Assembly (NCBI GenBank): GCA_002269645.1
Contig: NIVC01003337.1
Coordinates: 1 to 64,000 of the forward strand
Direction: 5' to 3'
DNA length: 64,000 nt
From: Macrostomum lignano
Taxonomy: Eukaryota
In this document: positions 48,761 to 61,247 of the stretch, piece after piece
Position numbering within the stretch: the first letter of the stretch is position 1
How the letters are laid out: every line of letters starts with the position of its first letter
Position numbers and translations under genes: made by a program
The notes under the pieces: generated by a model
Database searches by the model: none
The model's input: the letters and a program-made list of their open reading frames with translations, nothing else
Told to the model about the DNA's origin: nothing

Positions 48761-49099
48761 TGTGACTGTCTACCTGAAGTGAGAAACGCATTTGTCAATT
48801 TTTCTTACAATTTACTTCGTAACTCATGCTATTAAATTATGTTACGTACGGCAAAGCCGTTCTATATTTTTTTAGGTCATCGGGGATATGCCGATTTTTT
48901 TGTAGCCAACTGGGCCAAGAAGAGGCAAAGGGAAGCGAACGAAACGAAACGAAATGGGTGAGCGAGAAACGGTTGCATCAATCTTTTAAGCAAATTTCTT
49001 GACGTCATGTCAAAATAAAGAAAGGATGTAAAAGCAATCAACACCACAAAAATTCGAGCCGAGTTGCCCACACAGCCGAGCAAAGCACATGAATGAAAT

Positions 49100-49750
49100 T
49101 CTGTCTCTGTATTGGGGCTGTCTATGAGTTGGGGGCTGTCTTTGAGTTGGGGGTTGTCTATGAGTTGGGGGCTGTCTTTGAGTTGAGGGCTGTCTATGAG
49201 TTGGGGGCTGTCTATGAGTTGGGGGTTGTCTATGAGTTGGGGGCTGTCTATGAGTTGAGGGCTGTCTATGAGTTGGGGGCTGTCTATGAGTTGGGGGCTG
49301 TCTATGAGTTGGGGGTTGTCTCTGAGTTGGGGGCTGACTATGAGTTGGGGGCTGTAAATGAGTTGGGGGCTGTCTATGAGTTGGGGGTTGTCTAAGAGTT
49401 GGGGGCTGTCTATGATTTGGGGTTTGTCTATGAGTTGAGGGCTGTCTATGAGTTGGGGGCTGTCTATGAGTTGGGGGCTGTCTATGAGTTGGGGGCTGTC
49501 TATGTGTTGGGGGCTGTCTATGAGTTGGGGGTTGTCTATGAGTTGGGGCTGTCTTTAAGTTGGAGGCTGTCTATGAGTTGAGGGCTGTCTATGAGTTGGG
49601 GGCTGCCTATGAGTTGGGGGTTGTCTATGAGTTGGGGGCTGCCTATGAGTTGGGGGTTGTCTATGAGTTGGGGCTGTCTTTAAGTTGGAGGCTGTCTATG
49701 AGTTGAGGGCTTTCTATGAGTTGGGGGTTGTCTATGAGTTGAGGGCTGTT
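49100..49750. repeat. 18-nt minisatellite (gtctatgagttgggggct)
   Basis: About 35 tandem copies. Confidence 0.93.
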
Positions 49751-50634
49751 TACTCTAAACAGTAGGCTGTTTATAGTTGGGATTTCCATCACCAGTAAAA
49801 ACAAGGGGTAATTGTTTCATAGTGGAGCAATGTGCCACACTTAAAGCAGCAATGCAGAAGCAAATTCTGCCGAACTCACCGACTGTGCAGGCGATTCTAT
49901 GCTGATTTTAGAGTCTTCAGAAGCGCACCATTTAACCAAAGTTAAAAGCGCGCTTCAATTGTTCAATTGAATCAGTGCCCACCCCGTTTTATACGCTAGT
50001 AGATCCACGACGTTCCTTATTTTTCTAACAAGAGATGCAAGTGCTATTTTTAGAGAGGGATTTAGAAATGAAGATATTTGGCGGAGGAGAGATTGATAGT
50101 TTGGAGAGTACATGTTCTCTGTACATGTAGCTTATTGAAGTTCCCTTTTAATTTTGCTTTGCGTACTCACGGTACTCAAGGTAGGCTATTATGAGTCGAA
50201 AAAGCAGAAACAAAAATGTGCGTTTTAAAAGCTGAAGCTATTATATTTGTTTTCCCTACTGTGGAAGTTCCTCATTGGAACTGGAACTGAAACACGCCAC
50301 GTCTATTTTTGAAATGATAGTACGCTTGCACTTTTGCTAGCATCGGAACGGAGCAACCCGGCTATGCACAAAAATTAAGGACACGGATTAATGTTTTCTT
50401 GAGCATCTTTTCAAACAAGAATCAATTCGCCAAGCCCACTGGACCGGCGAGATATTCAACGATGCTACCAGAAGAGCTGCTACTCTCATGCATGGTGTAA
50501 GAGCTTCAATACAGCCTGTGCGTCAATCAGCACTGCGCCTCAGTGCGGACATCAAATTGCATCCTCCAAAAGCTAATTCGTGTTTTTGAATCAATGACAC
50601 CTAGATATTCTTATTTAGGGGTTCGGCATTTTAG

Positions 50635-51390
50635 GGGTGCCATTTCATGGGTGCCATTATATGGGTGCCATTACAGGGGTGCCATTCCAGGGGTGCCATT
50701 ACAGGGGTGCCATTACAGGGGTGCCATTCCAGGGGTGCCATTCCATGGGTGCCATTCCATGGGTGCCATTACAGGGGTGCCATTACAGGGGTGCCATTAC
50801 AGGGGTGCCATTCCATGGGTGCCATTACAGGGGTGCCATTACAGGGGTGCCATTACAGGGGTGCCATTACAGGGGTGCCATTACAGGGGTGCCATTCCAG
50901 GGGTGCCATTCCATGGGTGCCATTACAGGGGTGCCATTACAGGGGTGCCATTACTGGGGTGCCATTACAGGGGTGCCATTCCAGGGGTGCCATTCCATGG
51001 GTGCCATTACAGGGGTGCCATTACAGGGGTGCCATTCCATGGGTGCCATTACAGGGGTGCCATTACAGGGGTGCCATTACAGGGGTGCCATTACAGGGGT
51101 GCCATTACAGGGGTGCCATTACAGGGGTGCCATTACAGGGGTGCCATTACAGGGGTGCCATTACAGGGGTGCCATTACAGGGGTGCCATTACAGGGGTGC
51201 CATTCCATGGGTGCCATTACAGGGGTGCCATTACAGGGGTGCCATTACAGGGGTGCCATTACAGGGGTGCCATTCCATGGGTGCCATTACAGGGGTGCCA
51301 TTACAGGGGTGCCATTACAGGGGTGCCATTACAGGGTTGCCATTACAGGGGTGCCATTACAGGGGTGCCATTACAGGGGTGCCATTCCTG
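50635..51390. repeat. 15-nt minisatellite (ggtgccattacaggg)
   Basis: About 50 tandem copies. Confidence 0.95.
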
Positions 51391-53449
51391 AGGTGATAAA
51401 AACTACTTCAACTTTTGCGAGTCAACGCTTATTAACCATTGACAGTTAACGAAGCATTAATAAACACTGCCCAGCACTGGGGTATCTCTCGCTTTCGATG
51501 GAATTTTTGCATTTGGTGAAAATTTACTTCAGTTTAGTAAGCAGCTGTTGTCTGTACTGAGATAAATTCCTTATGGCGCATCATTCAGGCAATTTTGCCT
51601 GCTTGCTATTATCTACTGCTGGTTTTTCAAGTAGAAATATAATGAACAGCTTGTTTTGCCATCCCATCGAATATTAGTAGTATTTGCAACTCGCCGCTTA
51701 CATGTTGTTAACTGCGTTTTCGACTGTAACTCGTATTTTGAAAAATAATTCTAATTATAACAAATATATTCTATTTTGGATTAGCAATGACTCTATACGA
51801 GCTAACTATTATTTATTCTTTGATGTCTACTAGCATTCCAGTTTCAGTAGTATATTTTGTGCATTTATATAGCCATAAACTCATATACATGTAGTTTACC
51901 AATCCAATACCAATGTTGATAGAAGTGAAAAATTATTTCTTCGCTAGACTTTTTGGCTGAAATACCGCAATAGTAAACTGAAGCAAAATATTCAAATTTT
52001 AAGATTAAAAAAAATAATTTTAATTCTGCAATTACACTAAAACTATAACACACGTTGTTGGTGACTCAATTTCGGTTTTTTGAGGAAACAATTGTTGTGA
52101 GTTGCACCAGGCATGTTGAGTATTTACACGTCCAACTGGCTTCACGACCTCTCAATCAAACTTGACGGTGGACAATTATTATCAGTGATGTTTCTAGACT
52201 TCGAGTTCTATCAACAGTAAAAAAGACAACATGCGACAAAAGGAAACTCCTGGATTGAGAATTGCAGTGCTCAAACGCACCAACACTAACAGACAATAAA
52301 CTATATTTGTGTGTCGATATTGGCTAACTGGAGAGTGGTGGAGAGGAGTGAGACGACAGCCACGAATATGGCTAGCACGACACTTAAGGAAACTTTGCAA
52401 ACTAACTCAGCAAGTAAAAGTGCAGCAGTAGCCCTTACCATCATCACTATAAACGTCCGAATCTCCTCTCCCATGAGCCAGTAGCTATTCAAGAGTTCGA
52501 GCTCACTTCGAAGCTCACCGAAGCGTGGCCGACTCATCTCGATCTCCCATGCAGCCGAGTCGCAGCCGTCGTATTTAGCAGAGTTCATCATATTCGCGCA
52601 GACTCTGCTCTTTCCCATGCCCCCCCCCCTCATGACACGGCTCGTTGGGTTTTGGACGGGACTGACCGGCGGGAGAAGAACGCCAGCTCATCAGAGTTGC
52701 TGCCGGCCGCAGAGAAAGGAGCTCTGCCAAGACGCTGTAAATTCGAGAACGGGGGATAGATCGAGACGAAGTTGACTCTTTTTCAACCGCACATGGTTTT
52801 GCTACAGACGAGAATTATTAACATAGTTTTGCCTACAATTATTCATGCGTAAACTGGAGACGTGTTTGCGTCATTTCTGCTTTCCTAAACCATGATAAAA
52901 GTAGAATATTTTCATCAGCTGTTTTGGACCAGTCAAAAAATTTCACAGCCCTCTTTGAGACTCTTGGTGACTGGGTGCAAGCCAGCTGCATCTGAAAAGA
53001 CTTTTTTTAACTCTGGCGCATTTTTTTTCTGGCGAGCACCTGCGCCACGTTCAGATTTCATCTCGGATTTTCAGTTTTATGATTTTTTCGAAGAAAATGG
53101 AGCACGTTGCGCTTGTAAGTTTTTAGGCAAGTTTTCAGAGAAAAAAATCCTTCACTTAAAGTTGACTAACAATTTCGCTCTGTGTTTTATTAGTAGTGTC
53201 TTATTAATGATCTTTTAGCGCCTGGGCTACATGCATACTATGAGTAGCATGAAATTCAGGCATGATTTTCCCACGCTCGCCGCCCAACAAGCGCTGTCTC
53301 TTGGAGCAAAAGCAGGCTTCGGGCACCAGCTTGAAATCTTGAGCGCATCTCACCAGATTAAAGCACGCATTTTTTTGAGCTACTGGGTTCAACACACACG
53401 AACTGCATGTACATATGTGTCCAGGGGCCACGGGGGTCGCGGGCACCCT

Positions 53450-54215
53450 AAGCTGTCACCCTAAGCTGTCACCTTGAGCTGTCACCCTGAGCTGTCACCC
53501 TAAGCTGTCACCGTGAGCTGCCACCCTAAGCTGTCACCCTGAGCTGTCACCCTAAGCTGTCACAGTAAGCTGTCACCCTGAGCTGTCACCCTGAGCTGTC
53601 ACCCTGAGCTGTCACCCTGAGCTGTCACCCTGAGCTGTCACCCTGAGCTGTCACCCTGAGCTGTCACCCTGAGCTGTCACCCTGAGCTGTCACCCTGAGC
53701 TGTCACCCTGAGCTGTCACCCTGAGCTGTCACCCTGAGCTGTCACCCTGAGCTGTCACCCTGAGCTGTCACCCTGAGCTGTCACCCTGAGCTGTCACCCT
53801 GAGCTGTCACCCTGAGCTGTCACCCTGAGCTGTCACCCTGAGCTGTCACCCTGAGCTGTCACCCTGAGCTGTCACCCTGAGCTGTCACCCTGAGCTGTCA
53901 CCCTGAGCTGTCACCCTAAGCTGTCACAGTAAGCTGTCACCCTGAGCTGTCACCCTGAGCTGTCACCCTGAGCTGTCACCCTGAGCTGTCACCCTGAGCT
54001 GTCACCCTGAGCTGTCACCCTGAGCTGTCACCCTGAGCTGTCACCCTGAGCTGTCACCCTGAGCTGTCACCCTGAGCTGTCACCCTGAGCTGTCACCCTG
54101 AGCTGTCACCCTGAGCTGTCACCCTGAGCTGTCACCCTGAGCTGTCACCCTGAGCTGTCACCCTGAGCTGTCACCCTGAGCTGTCACCCCGAGCTGTCAC
54201 CCCGAGCTGTCACTC
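53450..54215. repeat. 13-nt minisatellite (gctgtcaccctga)
   Basis: About 58 near-perfect copies. Confidence 0.95.
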
Positions 54216-57200
54216 CAAAAGCTCAAAACAGTTAAAAGTTCCCAGACTCAGTCTGTTCTGCCCATTTAATCATGTCTCAACATTACTCGAATCTCCGTCA
54301 GACCTGCTAGCCATTGTTTGCTCAGGCTTGTTGCCGCCGGGATCGGTAATCTTCCACCTTTGTTACCTGCAGTATACGACATTTCCTGGAGTTGCGGCCA
54401 GACGAATCAATCACGATTGTTCTGGCAGGCCCATCAGCTCAGAGACCCGCATATAGTTCATGCAAGTTCAATAGCAATTCTATACTCTGACTTCATCCAC
54501 TGTGCAACGTCGTATCAGCCTTCCGATCATATATTCGGTAAGCGTATATGCTCATACGAGTATTCGTGAACCCCCTGCCTCCTCTTCCTGCTTTCTTCCT
54601 CTGGGGCTGCTCAGCTCAAGGCAGCATCGAGGCTGCAGTTTTCAGCCACTGCCGCCCGACTTCCGCTCTCTCAAGTTTCTTTTTTTACCAAACGCTATAA
54701 AGAACTCAACCGAGGCTTCCCTACTCACCAGCCGAGTGTATTTAGGCTCAGTTCTGCTGGCAAACTGCTCACACGGGCTGGGACGCTTTTCTCAGTCAAA
54801 AACGTGTCGACCCTGTTTTCTAGGAAAGAAAAACCGTAAAGAAGAGGAGAAAGTGTAGAAGAGTTTTGAGCTCGCGCTGAGCAAACAATCCACCTGCAGA
54901 GAGAGTAGAGGGGTTAAAGAAGAAGAGGCCTCACACTGTGAACTGTGGCGGTGTGTCTTGTGGGAGGTCCATAATGCAAACTTCTCAATTGAAATTTGAA
55001 TGCTCAAACTCGTGCTTAGAGTTGGCTTGACTGTCAACCAGGTTGAGCTGTCACGTTTCACTCGGCCAGGGCTCGCCCAGCACACACGGACTGAACAAGA
55101 GAAAGAGGTACTGAGTTACCTGACAAGCCCCGATTTTTTAATTAAACCCGCAACAGACTCGGACAGACGCTTTTTCGTCAGCAGCCGGACTGGCCCACCT
55201 GCATCCCCATTTTTAATATTTCCTTTTGTATGCCTCGATTTTCCTCATAATTTTTGCAGGCCGAAATTGCTAAATTGCTTCTACAGCTGTCTGACTTTCC
55301 ACCTGTCTGCATTTCAAATTTCCTGTATTTCCATCTGTCTGCATTCTCAACCTGTCCTGCCTGTAAAATAATTATGAAACGACTGTGAGCACATGCAAGT
55401 ACGCCAATACTGTACGCAGGCACATAGCACATTACAATAATGCACACCCTCTCACAGGGCCCTGGCCTTCTCTTTGTCAAGCATGTACACTCTCTGTGTC
55501 CTGGGGGTTATCCCTCATTGTGGCTGTCAATCGCTCGACAACCTCCGGCTAATTTTTGTGCACAAGAACCACATGAATTTAAGCCGCACACGGAATCGAA
55601 AGTGGTTTTTACCGACGTGTCAGACGCATTTACTGCTGAGCTGCTCGGAGCTGTCTTCTGCATTTCTAGCTGTCTGCTTGAGTATAAGCCCTTGGTGTCC
55701 GTCCATCTTTATTTTCCTTCTTAGCATCCATCAACTTCCTTCACTACTGTCTTTCAACTGCATATTTGATGAACATTATAGTTTCCAGCAGCCATTGTGA
55801 CTTTGAAATTGCCTCGCAAATGATTGTTGTTATAGTTCCAGGATGAAGCTGCCCAGTGTCAGCCAGAAATGTGCCGACTTGCTCCTCTCCTCTGGGCGGT
55901 CAATGCGACGGAGCGGAAAAGTGCAGAATGGGAGAACAGCAATTATCCTACAGAGGCGACAAGAAGTCCCGCCTCTCTCCGCCACCTCCCTGGCAGTCAA
56001 TCAGCAGCAGCAGCCAGAAGAGGGGCAATCAGGAGGCGCCCTGAAAGACGATTCCAGCCTGAATTTCATCAAATTTCCATGCAGTCCCCATAAATGAATG
56101 CCAAACAGCTTAGCCGGCCACAGTCGGTTTTTAACGAGGTGGGACAAAGAAGTTGAAAGAATCCGCCAAGCACAGATTGCCTTTGTCGCTAAATTGACTT
56201 CCATTAGTAAATTGCTGGTACAGGTAAGTCTGCCTCTTGCACTTTTCGAAGCGGGGGCTTGTTTAACTCATTCGATGTTTGGTAGTTCATTGCAATATCG
56301 ATTCACTGCACTGGCAAATCTTGCGCTGTCCCAGATACAGCTGGTACCAGATGTGTAATAGACTTGCGAAAAGCACCGGGCAGAAAAGGCTGCTTATTTA
56401 GCGTCAGGCAATGATTTTCGTGAATCGCCAAGCATGCTCGAACCCTCAATGATATCAGAGATAGCCAATTTATCAGAACTGCTGATGGAGTCAGCTTCCA
56501 ACACCTGAGCTCAATATAGGTCTCGATTCCTCAATCCTCAAGCATCTGGAATGAAAATGACTCAAGCCGATCATCTCAAATTTATATAAGACACAATCGG
56601 CAGAGCCCCATGTGCGAGATGAGACGGAGTCAGCTGGGACTGCTAATCAAACACGACATTTCGTTATTAAGCTGCAACGAGCGAAGTATGCACTTCCCAG
56701 CGTGTTTATGCATCGATTTTGTTAAATTTGTGGCGTGCTGGGATGGCTTTTCGGACCAAACAGGAATCGGCAGTGAGTCCGAAGCTCTGGAAAGTACAAC
56801 GTGGTGGAGAGCTACTGATGCTGAAAGTCTCACAACAAGCGCAATGGCGTACGTAGGAATTTAACAGGTAACTAGAGACCTCGCAACCCTAAAGGGTCCC
56901 AATATTTGGTGTCTTGGTAGGCGCTACTGACTCTTGATGGGTGCCCCAACCACTACCTCTTGGGCCAGTTGATGTCGGGTTAGGGGAGCAAGGTCCATTC
57001 TGTGTACCCGTACATCAGATGAAGTCACGGATTCTTCATTTGCTTACCATCTCTGTTAAAAAATAATTTGCCTTTTTATTTGCATCTATGATGGCGGTAA
57101 TGTATGTAGACACGGGAGCTGCTCTCACGTAAAATACGTACATCTTGGAGAGTTTAGTGCAGCCCAAAAACCCTTTATTAGGCCCGGCCTTCTGTGCTGC

Positions 57201-57239
57201 GTTCCGGCTGCTCAACATGCTCTCTCAAGGCTCCACGAA

Positions 57240-57465
57240 GGCGTCCAAGACTGAGGTGTGGCTCCACGTGGGCACTGCGACTTCTTCGGTGCTGGCTCTG
57301 CTGAATGGAAACAACCGTCAAAGTGTGTGACGACTTCCGTTACCTCGGCTCCCTTGTGTTAAGGCTTGAGCCCTGACAACCATTATCTCCGACAGGAGGA
57401 CTCAGCTGGCACGTCTGCTCAAAAATGTCTTCAATTCAACCGCACGTGACAACCTGAAGATGCCG
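57240..57465 (+). mobile_element. Degenerate fragment of the same RTE-like LINE family as 19400-21030
   Basis: KTEVWLHVG...LNGN..CDDFRYLGSLV..IISDRRTQ..VFNSTARDNLK parallels KTEVLHVG..LPNGE..CSDFRYLGTLV..IIMDRKTQ..IFTSGARDDLK. Confidence 0.7.
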
Positions 57466-58329
57466 CCCCTGATTGACTGATTGACTGACTTGCAGGCTAT
57501 TGCGACTCAGCTCAGCCCCAGCCCCTCGGTTGCTTTACAAACTCGTCAGTGCAAGAGTTGGTTAGATCGCTTCTCTCTTCGTTGCGTTAGTCTTCTAGAG
57601 CAGTGCTAATCTGACGTACAATGAAGTAATTTATATGTAAGAGGATTGCAAATCTGATTTTCTTTGCGTCGTTGCAGCCCACATAACAGCAAAGAAGTCT
57701 AATCACAAGATACAGAATTAATTTTAGCTCAAAACACTTCAAAGGGTCCTTCTATGTAGACACATTTTTTATTGAGAAATCGTATTACGAGCGTATATCG
57801 AGTAACAGTCTTCACTGAAGCGGAAAATTTAAATTAAATTAGCAAAATATTTGTTACCGTACTATATTCTGTCAGGCCAAAATTCTATTAAAAAATGGGC
57901 TGTCATTAGATCACAGCTCATGGTACATGTGCGTCGCAAATTGTATTTGCGCAGGTACTCCACGTAATTTAGCCCGTGGGTGAAATTGGCTCAAAATTCT
58001 ATTTAAAAAGCTCGTGTTTATTAGATTTAATTGGCGCTAAATCGTCAATTTCGCTTTATATCAAGCTAGCTTTCATAAATTCTGTAAAATGTTAGTGGCG
58101 GAGAGCGTCAAGAAGATACTCAAAAAATTACGCTCAATCAATGTGTGTTATGGAATCACTCAATATGGAATGTTATCAATATGAAGACAAGCTGGGCCGG
58201 GTGCAGAGGCTTTAAGCCGGCCGGCGCGGCCAACACCTCCACACCTCAACCCCCCCCCGCCAAAGTACAGCAATATGTACAGCTGCATCCCCCGGCGTGT
58301 CTAACACACCTTACTCAGAGAGTAACGAT

Positions 58330-58740
58330 TGCAGTGTTATAGAATCACTCAATATGGAATGTTATGAAATCACTCAATACGGGGTGATGATATGGAATTA
58401 CTGAATATGGGGTGTTATAAAATCACACAATATGGGGTGTTATGAAATCACTAAATATAGGGCGTTATGGAATCACTCAATATAGGGTGTTATGAAATCA
58501 CTCAATATAGGGTGTTATGAAATCACACAATATGGAATGTTATGAAATCACACAATATGGAATGTTATGAAATCACACAATATGGAATGTTATGAAATCA
58601 CACAATATGGAATGTTATGGAATCACACAATATGGAATGTTATGAAATCACACAATATGGAATGTTATGAAATCACACAATATGGAATGTTATGAAATCA
58701 CACAATATGGGGTGATATAGATTTACTGAATATGGGGTGC
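58330..58740. repeat. 25-nt minisatellite (tatggaatgttatgaaatcacacaa)
   Basis: About 15 copies. Confidence 0.9.
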
Positions 58741-61247
58741 TGTGGAATCACAGAGCAGACTGCTAAATACACGCCATTCCACTCGATGTGTGCCAGTGTA
58801 TTTGGGCAAGCTCGGTGTTTACGACAATCGCTGACTCAAAAAAGAGAGCGTCTGTCGCTGCTTGACGCAGGACACTGCAGCGAATTGCGCAGGGAGCCAG
58901 TCAGAGAGAGAAAAAGATTCAGAGCCTGCCTGTGCTCGCAGATGCCCGCATGCAGTCCACCTGTGCTACAGATACTGAGCAATGGCTAAGCCGCCCAAGC
59001 TTATCAGAAGAAACTGCCCAACCCATATAGGCGTGATTCTGCATTATTAATAGAACGAGAATGCATCCGGGTCCAGGTGAGACAGAAATGAGCAGCCAAG
59101 CCAACAACAGGCCTCTGAATTGATATATTGTGTATATATATATCAGCTATTAGCGGGTACACCGCTTGCTCGGACTCTTATATTTACCTGCTGGCAAACA
59201 ACAGCTTATCACAGCAGCAGTAACCAATGGCAACAGTGAGTTCAGGTTGAGATTGAGCAGCACACGCAACAGTTGGCTCTGTAGAGCAGCAAATTGTGAG
59301 ATCAAAGCGGATTAAACGCGGGTGAGGATGGCTACAAAAGCAAGAACAAACTGAAAAAACTTCTACAAAAAGCGCACTAAAAATGGCAAAAACAGGGAAT
59401 AACAAAAATCGCTGTCAAAAATTAAGGAATGGGTAGCGAAACTGCTGGATTCCCGTGGAAAGTTAGGAGGGAGAAAAACTTGGACTGAGCAAAGAAAAAC
59501 AAAGTGAGCTGTCAATACAAAATGGCAAAAACGCAAAGCCTATAATATCAAATTGTGCAGACATCGGTGAAGTCAACTCAGACTAATAATTAATTGGCAT
59601 TGTGGCAAGCTGGCGGGGGCACGATATGAATTTGCAGGTATCCTACACTGAGCTAATTAACCAAGCCTACCCCTGTCCGAGTCTTGGCATCAGTGAGCCC
59701 TCGGTCACGGATCTCAGCTAGGTGCGCAGATGCAGCTCCCAGCTAATTCCCCATCACGCAGGCCCTCGAGGAGGCTCAGAAAGCAGACGGAAGCAGGTTC
59801 GGACAACGCAGAGCAGCGCACAAGAAAATCTTCTTTTTTCCCTATTCTAAAACCAGCTTGCTTCGCCTCGAATGACTCCCTAATTACCGCTGCTGCACCT
59901 GCTGATTTACCTGCCGCTTTGAACTGTGCGGTCACGAAAGCATAGGGAGAGTCAGAGGCTTCAGCGAGAAAGTAATTGCAGACCTGTGTCCAAGTCCCCC
60001 GATCTCCGAAGAACTCTAAACTGAACAAGGCCTGTAGGAGTTTGAGCTCCGCTGAGCTGCAATTACAGCTTACAGTTGCAGAGAAGACAGACAAAGGAAG
60101 AGATTTCGGACCCAGCCTCTCATGTTTAGCCATCGCGCATCAGTCAAACAGCCTATCGTTATTCTGTCAATAAAGCGAATAACTAAAAAATATCCCTAAA
60201 ACAGACCTCCCTAAGAAATATCCATAAGCTATCAATCGCTACAAATCAATAAATTTGGCACCTTCGGCCGTCCGAGGTCAAGCAGAAAATCAGAGTCAAG
60301 CTCGCCAACTTGTTGGTAAATTGAAAACACTAGCAGATGTATTTAGATAGTAAACGCTCTGGAACACAAGACGCTGACCACACAACAAACAGCTCAGGCT
60401 GTCTGTCGGTAAACAACAACAATAATAACACAAAAAGTGAGAGAATACATAGCCAGGGCAGTTGGTCGAGTCAAATTTAAATATTATATAATGAAAACAC
60501 AAAGTTGAAGAGAAACACATTGAACAGGTTAATAGCACACTCGCGATAGACAATGGCTAAATTGGGTTAAGCATAGAAATAAGCTAGCATAAGATGTGAA
60601 GCTTCCCGTGGGCTCTCTATACACTTCAGGGACTGATTTCATGACGGACTGCTGGGTAGGTCAGCTTCCTTCCCATTCGGTCTTTGCAAGCCTTCCTACA
60701 AGCAAATCCCATTGCCAGACAACTCCAAAGCGAAGCTCAACAAGAGGACATTATGGAAAGAGATGCCGAGATGGGGTGGAGGCAACTGGTCTGGACAAGT
60801 CTGCCAAGTATTGGCCATAGACAATACTGCGATGCATCCTCCTAGTAGACTGAAAAAGCACTTTTAGCAGGTGCTAAACAGCAACAAGCAGTCATTCATG
60901 AAATCGGTCCCAGGGAACAAAAACAGCTGGAGAACGGGTGAAAGTGAGCACACGGTGAGGTGGGGGTTTAATCTCGCAAAACTGGAGTTTCAAAAAAACG
61001 CTCACAAAAGCTGGGATTACATTTATGAAGCGAATGTTTATAAGACTGGGACTGGGGGAAGGGGAACACAGATAGAACAATGAGAGCAGCGTTCGAGCTA
61101 TGATTTGTTTATCAATTTACAAAATCCAATAATCTAACGCTTGACAAACGGGCCATAGGAGATTTTAAGGTAACGCCTGTGGACAGATGCATAGCGTATC
61201 AAATGTGTGTAGCAGAGGGGGGTCACTGGGTGCAGCCGATGCCGGGC

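Noticed and set aside
50543-51449. 250-280-aa GVPLQGCHYRGAIT repeat ORFs
   Set aside because: They are translations of a 15-nt minisatellite that is open in all three frames.
52680-52720. Hammerhead-like CUGAUGA on the minus strand (also ctgatga near 25631 on plus)
   Set aside because: No GAAA follows stem II, so the catalytic core is incomplete.
51400-56860. Scattered short ORFs and exon-like GC patches
   Set aside because: No consistent spliced model or recognisable domain could be built.
56860-57030. Possible HDV-like ribozyme or LINE 5' UTR upstream of the RTE fragment
   Set aside because: I could not assemble the P1-P4 nested pseudoknot by eye. An RNArobo or Infernal search would be needed.
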